DNA from: Camelus ferus | Taxonomy: Eukaryota | Assembly: GCF_009834535.1 (NCBI RefSeq) | Contig: NC_045697.1 | Coordinates: 75,766,001-75,830,000 of the forward strand | DNA length: 64,000 nt | Direction: 5' to 3' | Shown here: piece after piece, positions 25,098-37,129 of the stretch | How the letters are laid out: each line of letters opens with the position of its first letter | Position numbering within the stretch: position 1 is the first letter of the stretch | Notes under the pieces: generated by a model | The model's input: only the letters and a program-made list of their open reading frames with translations | Databases searched by the model: none | Told to the model about the DNA's origin: nothing | Made by a program: the position numbers and the translations under genes

Positions 25098-28000
25098 GAG
25101 TACTTGGAGAAACAGGGGAGGGAAAAGAAAACACCAAGATAAAAAAGGAAATTATGTAAGTTGGAAATAAGTACCAAAGAGGTGGAAAAAGTAAATAAAG
25201 CAAAAAATTTGAATATCCGACTAGGGGTGATGTTTAGACAGGGGGTCCAGGGAAGGCTTCACCAAAAAGAGGACATTTAAGATCTCTGAGGGAAGCCCCT
25301 TCCAGACAGGAAACAGCGAGTGCAAAGAAAAGTGATAAAAGAACTGGGGAAATCCAGAATGACTGCTGGGCAGTCCGAACAAGCCATTTGGAGGCAACAA
25401 TCACACATTTAAAGCAAGAACAGTGGCCATTGGTATGACCAGCGGTATTTTCCACAGCCACATGAGTGGCTCCGGCTGAGGCATGGAACAGTCAGAGACA
25501 GATTCAACCAGGGCTGTGGTTTGGCCCAGAGGTCTTCAAAACGGGAACAAATATCCTCATAAGAATGCAAATATGGACTTTGTAAAGGGACGTATTTCCA
25601 TCCAGGTCTTCAACTTCCAGATGTACCCTTTTCTAAAACAGGTCCACTCAAGAAGGTGCCTGAGGTTCAGCGCCTCTTTTCCCACCTCCCCCTGCACAAG
25701 ACTCTGAGAGTACAGGAGAAAGCGTCTCTGCCCACCTGCATCTGACCATCACTCACTGCCCTGCACGGGGTGCAGGCAGGGATCCACAGGAGCCGAAGGG
25801 ACCATCTGACCATTCTTGCCACAGGCGCACCAAAAAAGCTGCATGCCTGTCCCACTAACCAAATCATTAACAGATGTATTTCCAATAAAATCATGCTTTC
25901 ATATGTTCAAAAACCACGAAAAGTTCTAATATGGGTCTCCCAACCCATTTCTTCTCAATTTCTTCCCATTTTCAGCTCGAACCAGGCCAGCTGGGAGGAG
26001 AGGGGAGCTGAGGGGGCTGGAAGGGGAATACACAAGTGAGCTGCTGACACCTGTAGAACCTAACTTGGTCATTTGGTTTTGGGATTTTTTTCCTAGTTAC
26101 TTTGCTTTGGTGCAGGAAGAAACACGTATCTAATGAATTTTAATTCATTTTGGCACCATAAACTATCCGCTGCTTTTCTTTTTAAATTGAGGAGAATGTA
26201 CAAAAACTATCTGAAGCTATAAACTGCTGAGGATATGATCTAGGATAAGCAGACTGCTTTAATCACTAGAAAAGTGTGTTCCCTTGGGGTCTTGCCTCCT
26301 ACATTAAAAAAAAAAATCTGGCAGCAAATATGGAAGTCTGGGTATAAAAAGGCTTATTGTTTATGTATGATAGATATTTTTCACATTGAAGAACAAACTT
26401 AAAAAAAAATTTTGCCACAATCTCCAACCTCCCAGATTTTCAGAGTAAATCAAAGAGCACATTTTAAAACTATTGTAAATTGCAAGGTGGTGGGTGTTAT
26501 GCCTGAATTTACTAAAAATCTAAAGGCGACTTCTACATGCAATTTTCTAGTTCCCCTTGCCCCTTTATCTTCAGTTACCACCCACTCTAGCCGAATCTTT
26601 CCTGTAATTCTGCTGGAAAAACATGACAGCAGTGACTAAGGGCCAACAGAGTTTTTCCATCCGACTCTACATTCCTATTCTCAGAGTCTGCAATGGCCTA
26701 GTTTCTTTCCGTCCACAGAAACAGTGAAATCAGGCTTATTCTTTCCTAACAGTCTGGGTGGTTTGTAGAAATACATGGCTTGATGTACATATACCAGGTA
26801 GTCCTTGCAATATTTACCGCTCTTATGATTCATCTGTCACTTATGGACCATTTTATACTTTGAGGTATGTTTTTGCATGTACACATTTTGACTTCATTGG
26901 GAGGGTAGGTCAAGCACTATGAGTTATTGTTCTTTGCATTCTTCACAACACTCGATCTCTTTTCTTGTGCCTGGTAAGTGCTTAGTAAAAATTAGATATA
27001 AGGCATTTATTATAAAGTGTGATTTCTTTTCTCTGTATAATTTGCAAATGAAATAATGACTGACATTCAGAAATCTTAAGTCTAGCAGAACTGGGACAAT
27101 TCATTTCAAGGGAATTCACTCGCTTCCTATGACTGGGGCTAAATGACTATCAGTCCTGTTACCAGGTACCATCAGGTGGCCTCTCATATTTGTGGTGTAC
27201 ATTTCCTACACACTCTACAAACTGCTGTTCTCAACACCCACACAAGCGGCCCTATGTCCCTTTTGAGATCCACCTTAATTTCCACATGGCTGTTTTGTTC
27301 TTTTATCCACTTCCCTTTGGCACAAATTAACTTCTCCTACGATGCTATTTAAAGAATTCCACAGTTTGTGGGTTTATTATGATTTTATGAAGAACTCTGC
27401 ATTTTTAAGTGAAATTTGCAAAGGCACAGAGCATATACCAAATATCAAGCATGATTCTGGACTTCCCATCTATCACCACCCATCTTAAACTGGCTGTCAA
27501 ACAGTGTATTTCTCCGAAGAGAATACCCGAAATGGTAACAGGCACGTTTCTTTTATGTCACAAGACATATTGTGGATAAACTGGAGAGATGGTGGAGTAC
27601 AATGAGAAGAAAGCTTTAGTTCACAGAGTTACTGGTAACTGAAATTAATCTTTTGAACATTAACAAGCCAAAGACAAGCAGCCATAGGGAAGCTCATACA
27701 TTCCTGGGGATTAAGAAAACCACTTGAAAAGGCTACAATGTAAAACCTTGCTGCTACAAAGCATGGTGCACAGCGACACTGGCCATGACCTGATTACCTG
27801 TCAGGGACTCAGGCCTACCCCAGACGTCCGGAATCAGAACTAAGGTACTGACTGGCATGCATTCTGCATATACATTATGGCTCTCCAACTACTCTGTTTT
27901 AAAGGTTAAAGAGCATTTAAATCCTTAAATTTGATGCACCCTTTAAACTATCAACCCTTTCATGGAAGGTCCCCTGTGTGACCTCCAGTTGGGAAGCCCA

Positions 28001-28289
28001 GCCAACAGATTCCTTGAAGTCAGAAATGAGTCTGAGACTACCTGTTCACTCATTATTTGTTGACTAATCCCTCCTAGACACGGGGGATAAAACGGATCAA
28101 AAACATTTCAGGGAAGGAGACAAACAACAGATAAATCTTCACACTGGGACAAGCCCATGCCTCCCACCATGGTGACAGCCAGGCATTTGCTACATGTATG
28201 AAGGCAGTTCAGAGGCAGGGAGCCAAAAATACACTAATGTCCACCTCAGAAGTGGAAATTGACTATTAAAACCATATGAGAGTACACAC

Positions 28290-28960
28290 AACACTTGAAC
28301 ATGAATGTTGATAGCAGTATTATTCATAGCAGCCAAAGGGTAGAAACAACTGAAACGTCCATCAACTGATGGAGAACCAAAATGTGTTATATACATAAAA
28401 TAGAATATTATTCAACCATATAAAGGAATGATGCATTGATACATGCTACAACAGTGGATGAACCTTGAAAAATTATGCTAAGTTAAAGACGCCAGACACT
28501 AAAGGCCATATACTGTATGATTCCATTTATAGGAAAGTCTAGAATCGGGAAATTCAGAGACAAAAAGTAGATTATTTGTTGTCAGGGGCTAGAGACATGG
28601 AAAGGGGAAGAACAGGGAATGACTGCTGATGGGTACAGGGTTTCTTTCAGGAGTGATGAAAGTGTTCTAAAATTAGATATTGGTGATGGTTGTAAGTTGC
28701 GAATATACTAGGGGGAAGGAATTAGGAGTTTGGGATTAACAGATACATACTACTATATAAAAATAAACAACAGGATCTACTGTATTGCACAGAACTATAT
28801 TCAAAACCATATAATAACTTATAATGGAAAAGAATCTGAAATATATATATATAACTCAATCACTTTGCTATACAGCTAAAACTAACACTGTGAATCAACT
28901 ATACTTCAATTTTTAAAAAATTCTTAAAAACTGAATACACTAAAAAAAAATAAACTGAAT
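28290..28960 (+). mobile_element. L1MB-like 3' fragment with a younger L1 3' tip nested at about 28711-28932
   Basis: L1MB text is interrupted by aattaggagtttgggattaacagatac...aatcaactatacttcaat. TSD-like gaata(t/c)acta at 28701-28710 and 28933-28942. Confidence 0.82.
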
Positions 28961-29722
28961 ATTTAAGCATGAGAGAGAAAGAGGAAAGGGACGCAAGCAT
29001 CAAAGAAACTAGAGAGAAGAACAATGCTGCATCCATCCACAATTAGAAGCTGCACTTCTATACATAATGTCGAATGGTTCCACTACTTTTACTCAGTTAA
29101 AACTTACTTAGTAAAGAACCATGTCCTTAGGAAAGGATATTTCACAGAAATAATTACTGCTTAGCTGAACACCAAAAAGAAAACTTACTCTCTTCATTTA
29201 AACTAATTACTTAGTAATAATATGCTTTCAAAACAATTCAGGGTTGGAGTTTTACTGTTTTGTTGTTGGTATGCTATGGGTACTTGATCGATCAAAGAGC
29301 AAAAGATGGGTAACTTCCAGGCTAGTAGATACAAATATAACAACCAAAAAAATCTCTCCAGATATTGCCAAATACCATGCCTCCTTGCTGGGGGTGGCGG
29401 TGGCAAATTTTTACCTGGTTGAGAACCACTGGAGGAGAAAAACTACTCCTCAAAAGTCAAAATAACAGAGACACACGGGGGAATCTTATTTCACATTTCA
29501 ACTTTAGAGAAGCAGCTCTTCTCAGGGGAGCCTAACACTGATTGCTGGGTACCCTGCCAGAGTCAGGGCTGCACAACCACCCCAAACCATGATTCCAAAA
29601 TAGCCTCTATCTCTCGACATTTTCTTCCCCAAGGAAGAAAGTAAAAACGAATACATGAATACCTAAGTACACAGATAAGTAGAAACAAATGTCAGCAGCC
29701 ATCCCAAAGTTACCAACTAGAC

Positions 29723-30057
29723 CTGCCCTGTCCAACAGAACTTTCTGAGATGGGGGGGGAGGATATAGCTCAGTGGTAGTGCACATGCACGAGGTCATGG
29801 GTTCGATCCCCAGCACATCAGTTAAATAACAAATAACAATAAATAAATAAACCTAATTACTACCCCCCCAAAAATAAAAATTTTTAAAAAAGAACTTTCT
29901 GAGATGATGAAAATGTTCTATATTGCACTGTCCAATACAGTGGCCATGTAACACTTGAAACATGGCCAGTGCAACAAAGGAACAGAATTTTTCATCTTAC
30001 TGTAGCTAACTTTAAGTTACCACAGGTGGCTAGGGACATCCAAATTGGACACTGCAG
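29723..30057. mobile_element. MER3-like hAT-Charlie element interrupted by a SINE
   Basis: ctgtccaacagaactttctgagatgatgaaaatgttctata...ctgtccaatacagtggcca...gtggctag...attggacactgcag. Confidence 0.8.
29753..29890 (+). mobile_element. Vic-1-type SINE inside MER3
   Basis: ggggaggatatagctcagtggtag...gggttcgatcccc. Perfect 16-bp TSD agaactttctgagatg at 29737-29752 and 29891-29906. Confidence 0.92.
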
Positions 30058-31805
30058 ATCTAGACGGTGCTGTCATCCTTCTCGTTATCATTGTCAATGT
30101 TAAAGAGTACATTCTTGGTAGAATTCCAGCTTTCCCTCTCCTTTGGGCAATTTTTCCAGCAGCACCTCCCTAGCTTCTAAGGTAAGAAACTCAACCCCTG
30201 CCCCTGCCCACAGGCAGGTCAATGCCCTGAATGAATGAAAATACTGCTTTTCATACACCATGTGTTCCATTTCTGCCTGCTTGTTTCACTTTTGTACGAC
30301 CTCAGGCTTCCCCAAAATCCACCATGCGCTGCTGGCCTTCTATGAAAGGGGTCAAACGGTATGAGGGACAAACTGTTCAGAAAAGGTAGAACTGACAAAT
30401 GGGAAATTATCTCATTCATTTATTTGCTTTTTAATTAACGCTCTCCCAGGTAGAATGTAACATCCATGAGCACAGGACCCTTTTCTGTCCTTTTACCACT
30501 GCATCCCCAGCACCTGGAACAAAGGTACAAAGCTGTTGTTAAGTATTTGATGAATTAGTAAATAAGAACACTTTAGAGTGCTCATGTGCCACACTGTAGT
30601 GCTTTAAATATATTAACTTACTTAAACCTCACTAGAACCCTATGAGGTATACACTATTATCTTCACTACAAGGTATGTTTTATTACCCACATTATTGCAT
30701 CTGAAGACACTGAGGCACAGAGGAGTTAGGTAACATGACCAAGGTCACACAGGAAGTGATAAAATTGTAATTTCAATCCTACCACATATGGAGCTTATTC
30801 TCCTTCTTAAGCTGTGCTAATAGTAAGTTATTTAAGGCTTTTAATATCATAAGTACCCAAGCTTACTCTGCACCCTGCCCTCTATCCCCATCCTGTTATA
30901 TTAGGAGACGCTCAGGGCAGAGACAAAACATCTATAATAAAATATGATTCCACAACATATAACAGCAGAGTGCAACATAATATGGAGGTGCACAAACAAT
31001 TCAGCCCACGTGTGAGCATGTGGACGCAGGAGGGCCACACTGCTATGGTAAAGGGGCCCGAGACTCTGAAGATCTCCGCAAGTCAGGAGAACAGGCATCC
31101 CAGGCAGAAGGCATCCTAGGCAGAAAGAAAGGCTTGTGTAACACCCTGAGCATGTAAGGTCTGGAAAGAAAGTTGGGCCTGGAGATACGGAGCTATGAAA
31201 ATGTGGGGAGTGGAGGAGAGGGGAATGGAATGGCCAACCAGAGTGAGACTGTCTGCGCCTCTGAATAGCACGCTAGATTTCAGCAGGATCAACTCCACTG
31301 TAAAGTGGGTCCAAGCCAGGGATTCGGCCCAACATGATTCTATTAAATGGATGAGTGACACCTGGGTCTGAACTAAGCGCCCCATATTCCCCTGAGTCCA
31401 ACTAACACACTCCCAAGGCAGACGGAAACTGGACCCCTGGAGAAAGGTTCAGTCAGATGGAGAATGACATTCATTACATCCGATGCTTTGTCAGACTGAG
31501 AGAAGAGGAGGCTAAAGGGCGATGTTCATTCTTGATTTTCCTTACTATTCTTGTAGAAATATGGAGACACCCTACTGCGGAAATGAACAGCGTTCCCCAG
31601 CGGCATGCCACTACCTTTTCCTATCTCCCTGTCTGTATCTCCCATGAAGCCACTTCTTTGATCTGCTCCTTAACAGGAGACATTAGTTAGTACTTGGTCT
31701 AAGTCTGCTTAGTACTTGGTCTCTCATTTTTCTCTCTTTATAATCTCTAACTGAAATTTAACCATCAAATCTTTATTTCCAACTTTAACCTAACTCAGTC
31801 CCTAT

Positions 31806-32093
31806 AGCTGTGCTGTCCACATGTTCCTGCTGAATTTTTAAAATTTGGTGAGTCTGAATTGAGATGTGTGCTAAGTGTAAAATATACACTTAGGTAAAAT
31901 CTTAACAATTTTATATTATGATAGTACTGAACTCTTTTTTATAATTGAGATGACAGTACTTTCGATATACTGGGTTAAATAAATTATTAAAATTCATTTC
32001 AATCTGTTTCTTTTTACTTTTTTTAATGTGACCTCTAGAAAAATTTAAATTACATTATGTGGCTCACATTATATTTCTATTAGATAGTCTTGC
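31806..32093. mobile_element. MER33/Charlie1-like DNA transposon remnant
   Basis: gaattgagatgtgtgctaagtgtaaaatatacac...gggttaaataaattattaaaatt...aaatttaaattacattatgtggctcacattatatttctatt. Confidence 0.72.
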
Positions 32094-32129
32094 TCTACAG
32101 ACTACCTCTACTAAAGCCATCCCTCACAT

Positions 32130-32610
32130 GCAGCATGCTTAAAACTGGATCCACTACCCACAGGCTCTGTGACATCTCTGTGTCTCAGTTTCTTCATCTA
32201 TAAAATGGTGCTACTATTTATAATAAAGAGGATAACTATAACAGTAAGATCTGACACACAATACTTAATAAGAGCTAACACAGACACAACACATACTATA
32301 GGCCAGACATAGTTCTAAGTATTTTTCATATATTAACTCCTTTAATCGTTACAATATCTCTGTGAGGATATCACTCCCATTTTATAGATGAGTAAACCAA
32401 GGCACAGAGAATTTAAGTGACTAGCCAAAGGTTACATGGTTAGTAAATAGTGGAGCCCATGTTCCAGTAGAGGCAGTCAGTTCCAGAGTCCTCACTTGAA
32501 ACCGCTGTCTCTCTGATACCCACCTCAAAAATGTAACAGAAATTCAGTAAGTTAATTTAGGGAAAACATTTCAAATAGTACCTAGCACACAGTAAACTCT
32601 CCTTTGGTGT
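32130..32610. mobile_element. MIR fragments (also at about 30570-30790 and 33650-33830)
   Basis: ctcagtttcttcatctataaaatgg; cccattttatagatgagtaaaccaaggcacagaga...aaggttacatggttagtaaatagtggagc. Confidence 0.75.
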
Positions 32611-34529
32611 TTAACTATTATCACCCCCACTCCAGCCCTCAACCTACTTCCCAATTTCCCCTGCATTTCACAATCTTTCTCCTCATTTCCCAGTATTAAA
32701 ACCTCAGGATCATTATTAACACATCTCCCTCTTTCATCCCCTAACTCAAGTCAGGTCCTTCTTACTCTTCCTTGAATGCTTGTAATGCATCTATTACGCT
32801 GTTCCCAGCACCTTCTTAACCCCATACTTCACACCCTCACACTAGATGAATTAATAACAGTAACAACAAGAAAAACTCATGTATCAAGCAAGCGTCAACT
32901 CTATTAATACATTTAAACCTCTCTATAACCCTATCTGTTCTGTATGTATATTTATGACTGAAACATTATGCTGTACACCAGAAATTGACTAAAGAATGCA
33001 AAAAAAACCCCCATTTTTTAACCTAAAAAAAATCTCCCAGAGTATATAAAGTCTCAACTCAGCAGCCAAACATTAACAACTGCATAACCTAGCCCCATCC
33101 TGTTTATTCAATCTTATCTCCAACCAACAAAAACTCCCCTAGAGTGGTTAAATAGATCTTCTCATTACTCCTGGAGTAAATTATTATTATTATTTTTTTT
33201 ATTTTTATTTTTATTTTATTTTTATTCCTAGGCCTTATTCATACAGATCCCCTCTGCCTCAGAAATCTGAGCACATTTTTCGTCCTAAAACCCTCCCCAA
33301 TACATACAGGCTAAATTAATCTCTCCTCTAAACTGTGATAAAACAAATGTTGTACACAACTCACTGGGGTCTGTAATGATATATTCATCACCTGGCAAAT
33401 GCCCATTACAACCCCAACCAGGCCATGAGCAACTGGAAGGCAAGCACTGAGCCCCTCATTTCTCATATTCTCCATGAATAGCACGTGCCCCTACAAAGAA
33501 CATGCACTTATTTGGCAAATGAGTTACAGACAGTGTAGCTGAAATGACCTGTAAGTACTCTAATTTAGCCAACCTTATTTCCCTAACCAGAAAATACCTC
33601 AAGGTAACAGGAACAGTATCAGTAGTTCCCTGGCAGAGGTGTCATTGCACTTTCCAGTTCATTATCTTCCTTACCCTTCAAAACAATCCAGTGAAGTACA
33701 CACTATTACACCTTTCAGTCAACTGAGGTCTAAAGAAGTAGACTGTTTTTCCTCAAGATCACACAGCTACTAATTGGCAAAACTGGAACCAGAGATCAGG
33801 CCAGTAGTCCAGTGCTCTTTCCAATGTACTAATTCACCTTTTATCTCCTCTCTCTTCTTATCATCTAAGGAAGAGTTAAATAACTAAGAGGAGAAAGGAA
33901 CGGGTGAGAATCCTTCGTAACAACAGATACGGTAAATTAATGACATGAAATGAACATTTGCCTGAAATGGCTTCTTTATTTTTCTTCGACTCACCAAGGG
34001 GAATGATGATTTACAAGTCTACATTTAAACCTCATGATCTTGTACTGTGAAATAAGATTTTCCATTCAAATGTAAAACCACTGCCTTCTGGACTCCAAAG
34101 CTGGACAACACCTCCTCCACTCCGCCCCTCTCTGAACTTACAAAATCTTACCTTAAGGCTGTTTCTTACCAAAGAATAATTAAGGAAGGAAGCAACCTTC
34201 TGAGGACACAACACTTAACCATCAAAGCCAACTGGCAGTCCTTGCTAAACGTTATAAAACATTAGTTTTCCCACACTTTAGTCTCCATGTTATTTATTAG
34301 ATATTCCAATTTAACACCGAGTCACAAAGAACCTCAGTTCAGGGCAGTCTCAACTCATGAATGGCCACATTGTTGGGTACTCTCCCTTCACGCTGAAACT
34401 CAGAAATGGAAAGGCATGGGGATGGACCCAAACCTGGGCTAACAGCACTGGCAGAGCCAAGAAAAGCCAGTAACGCACCAAAGGTGCCTGTCTCTGCCTC
34501 CTCTGCAGATCTTCAGGCCACTCCAGAGG

Positions 34530-35480
34530 ATGCTGGCAGCTCCCCCTCGGCGGTGCAGGTTTCAGCAGCTGCCAGCTCACTCCCGAAAGATCCTCCCCGA
34601 GGTCTCATCCAGGCGAGGAGCTGGAGAAGGCGGCGTTCTTCCCACGGACCGTGGATCGGACCGCACCCAGCCCGAGACCCCCGCCCCCGCCAGGCCACTC
34701 CGCGCGGCACCACCCACCGCCCCAGCTGGATGGCGCCCGGCCTCGGGTACCACTCCCGGCTCTCCAGGGAGGATGCGGAGGAGGCGGTAAGGAGGCAGCG
34801 GCTCTGAAACGAGCCGCAGCCGAAGCCTCCCAGAGCCTCCTCCGCACCTCTGCTCCGACTCACCCAGTTCTGCGCGTTATTGCTCAGCTTGACTTTCTTG
34901 CACAGGCTACCGGGGACCTCCATGGCTACACAGCGGGCGCGGGTGCCGGGATTCTCAGCACCGGGAGGTAGCCGGAGGAGGGGAGGCCGGCGGGGGCGGG
35001 GCAGGAAGGCGGGGCGTCCTCGCGACTGGGCGGGCGCGCGCTGTCGTACGCACGCGCTCGTACTCGTGGCCCAGACTGCACGGCGCGTCGGCCGCGCCTC
35101 CGAAATGGGTCCGGGGCAGAGGTATGTGGGGTGGGGCGAAGCAATGGAAGAGAGCCAGAGGCAGGAGTTGGGGGCGGGGCTTCAGAGCGCGCACTGACGC
35201 GAGCGCGCGCGACGCTCCACCCCCTTGATTCTGAGGAAGGGGCGGGGTCTAAGGAGGTAGTCGTGGAACTTCCCGGGGCCCTCCCAGGCGCGCCGTCTGG
35301 CGCTGCGCAAGCGCGAAGGCTGGAACCGCGCCCCTGTCCTCGGTCAGGAAAGGCGAGGAAGACACCCGGCTTCCAGCTCTTCGTGCGTCTGTCGCTGCTG
35401 CTGGAGTGCTGGAAGGGAGAAGGCGTTGACGTGGTCGCCCGCCCCTCTGGGTTTTCCTCCGTAAGCCCGGCCACCAGTCT
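34530..35480. promoter_or_regulatory. CpG island / TATA-less promoter of PAPSS1
   Basis: Abrupt GC- and CpG-rich block in otherwise CpG-depleted DNA, spanning exon 1. GC boxes at 34993-35002, 35171-35180 and 35239-35247; NRF1-like TGCGCAAGCGC at 35304-35314; TGACGTGG at 35427-35434. Confidence 0.92.
34864..34923 (-). CDS. PAPSS1: PAPSS1 coding exon 1 (MEVPGSLCKKVKLSNNAQNW), contains the KKxK nuclear localisation motif
   Basis: Translation matches the PAPS synthase 1 N-terminus. Strong Kozak gccATGG at 34923, donor TGG|gtgag at 34863, inside the CpG island. 60 nt, phase 0. Confidence 0.97.
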
Positions 35481-36097
35481 CCTATCCTCCAAATCTGTGC
35501 CCAGGTCGGCCTGGCCATATTTTAAAAGGAATTTTCCAGCCTCGCAAAGGAAAGAATCAATTTACTGAACAGCTCGTTCTCCACCCGCTCTACTTTACTT
35601 TAAAATTCTGCTCAATGCAGTTTTTGTTTTGTTTTTTTTTTAAGTCAATACCCCATCCCTCGACATCAGTAATTAGTATCCTATGGTGTTAGTAGTTATC
35701 TGCCGCGTGCCTCCTTCCCCACTTGGAGACCTCTCTTCAGATTTCTGTCAGGTACTTCTCACCGGCTAGGCCAAAAAGGGGCCTCTATTTTATTAGGTTC
35801 TCAGGAAATCCTTAGGAGAATGAAATCCAGGTTGAGGGAGGGTCCCTAGTTACCCATCTGTGGAGGACATTTTCAAATTCACCTAGCTATTCCAGGGCTA
35901 CTTACCAGGAGGATGGGCTGGGGGTGCAGAGGAGCTTCCCCGGGAGTTATCTCCCCTCTCACCTAATTATTCTAAGGGCTTTTCCGTAACTTGCTCCTAG
36001 CACCAAGGTAAGTTGCGTGAAACTCCTCCTTCATAACTCGATCTCTCCCCCTACACACATACACCCCAGTCACTAAGACTTGACGTTGCTGCCTCTT

Positions 36098-36728
36098 TGG
36101 TGGAGGACAGGGGTGAGGAAAAGTGCCCATCAAACTTAGAAGTTATCTTGAGACTGAGAAAATGAGGCAGGAAGCTCCGCATAATCAATGGATCAGTTTA
36201 TAATACAGTAACTTACAGGATGGGATGGGGAGGGCAATGATCCAGAAGCCTTCACAGCCGCACTCCACACGGCTGAGCGGCTATTGGGATAATTTTATAG
36301 TTAACCTAGGGTATGGGAGTGGTGTTTGGGAGCAGGAAGTGCATTCCTAAGTCAAGATTTGTGGATGGGCAACTAGTCTCCTGGGCACTGGGAATATGTC
36401 AGTGAAGGTCTTCAGCATTACTTGGGGACTAAGAAAGCAGAGAGTCCACCAGGTCCTAATGATTATTAAACAGTATCTGTTAACTACAAAGCCCTTGACC
36501 ACCGAGAAGTGATTTATCACGCAATACAGCTGGGTAGGGTCAGGGGCAGGACAAGAGGAGCTGTATGGGCCCAAGACAGCCATACATTCTTTCTTGTCTT
36601 TTTTATTGAAGTATAGTTGATTTACAATGTTGTGTTAGTTTCTGGTATACAGCATATTGATTCAGTTATAAATATATGTATATATTCTTTATCACTATAA
36701 GGTATTAAAAAGCCACACATTCTTAATA
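36098..36728 (-). mobile_element. ERV solo LTR upstream of PAPSS1, same orientation as the gene; same family as 21920-22428
   Basis: Colinear with the reverse complement of 21920-22428, e.g. aagtgcccatcaaacttagaagttatcttgagac vs aaatgcccaccaaactgagaagttatcttgagac. Interrupted by an L1 tip at 36591-36710. Confidence 0.78.
36591..36710 (-). mobile_element. Short L1 3' tip inserted in the upstream LTR
   Basis: ttttattgaagtatagttgatttacaatgttgtgttagtttctggtatacagc. 14-bp TSD agcca(t/c)acattctt at 36577-36590 and 36711-36724. Confidence 0.88.
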
Positions 36729-37129
36729 GCTAGTAAATCTGTCCCTGTTTATTTACCCCACTGCTACTGTCTTAGTATTAGGCCTTCCCCATATCCAGGA
36801 TGAACCACAATTAATCCCCTTAACTGGGCATCCTCCTACCGGTGCACCTGTTGCCCACACATTCTTAACATTGCTGTCAGAGTGATTATACCTAAATTGG
36901 AAATTCAATCTTGTTATTTGACCTCTTAAACTGTCAGTGGTTCCTTGTAGCTTTTTCTGTGGGGATTATTCATTTACAGTCTGTATTATAGAGCTGAATT
37001 TCAATATAATGCTGAACTCTGCTAATAGCAGGAATGAGCTTGGAAGAGGATCCCAAGCTTCAAATGAAAACACAGAACTACATTTGGAATCAGCCATCTC
37101 TCCGAGCAGTCCTAGGGCTTCTGGATTTT

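Noticed and set aside
25528..25830. Possible old hAT-Charlie fragment
   Set aside because: Resemblance too faint to set boundaries or a family by eye.
29941..29969. Hairpin tggccatgt...acatggcca
   Set aside because: Part of the internal inverted-repeat structure of MER3; the stem is too short for a pre-miRNA call.
31687..31722. 14-bp direct repeat ttagtacttggtct separated by 8 nt
   Set aside because: Only two copies; consistent with a micro-duplication and not an array.
34406..35568. Many overlapping 80-190 aa ORFs on both strands (e.g. 34926-35492 minus, 35131-35568 plus)
   Set aside because: These reflect stop-codon depletion in a GC-rich CpG island. The products are low-complexity (P/R/G/A-rich), the two longest start at TTG/GTG, and none resembles a known protein. 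Only the first 20 codons of 34513-34923 are real.
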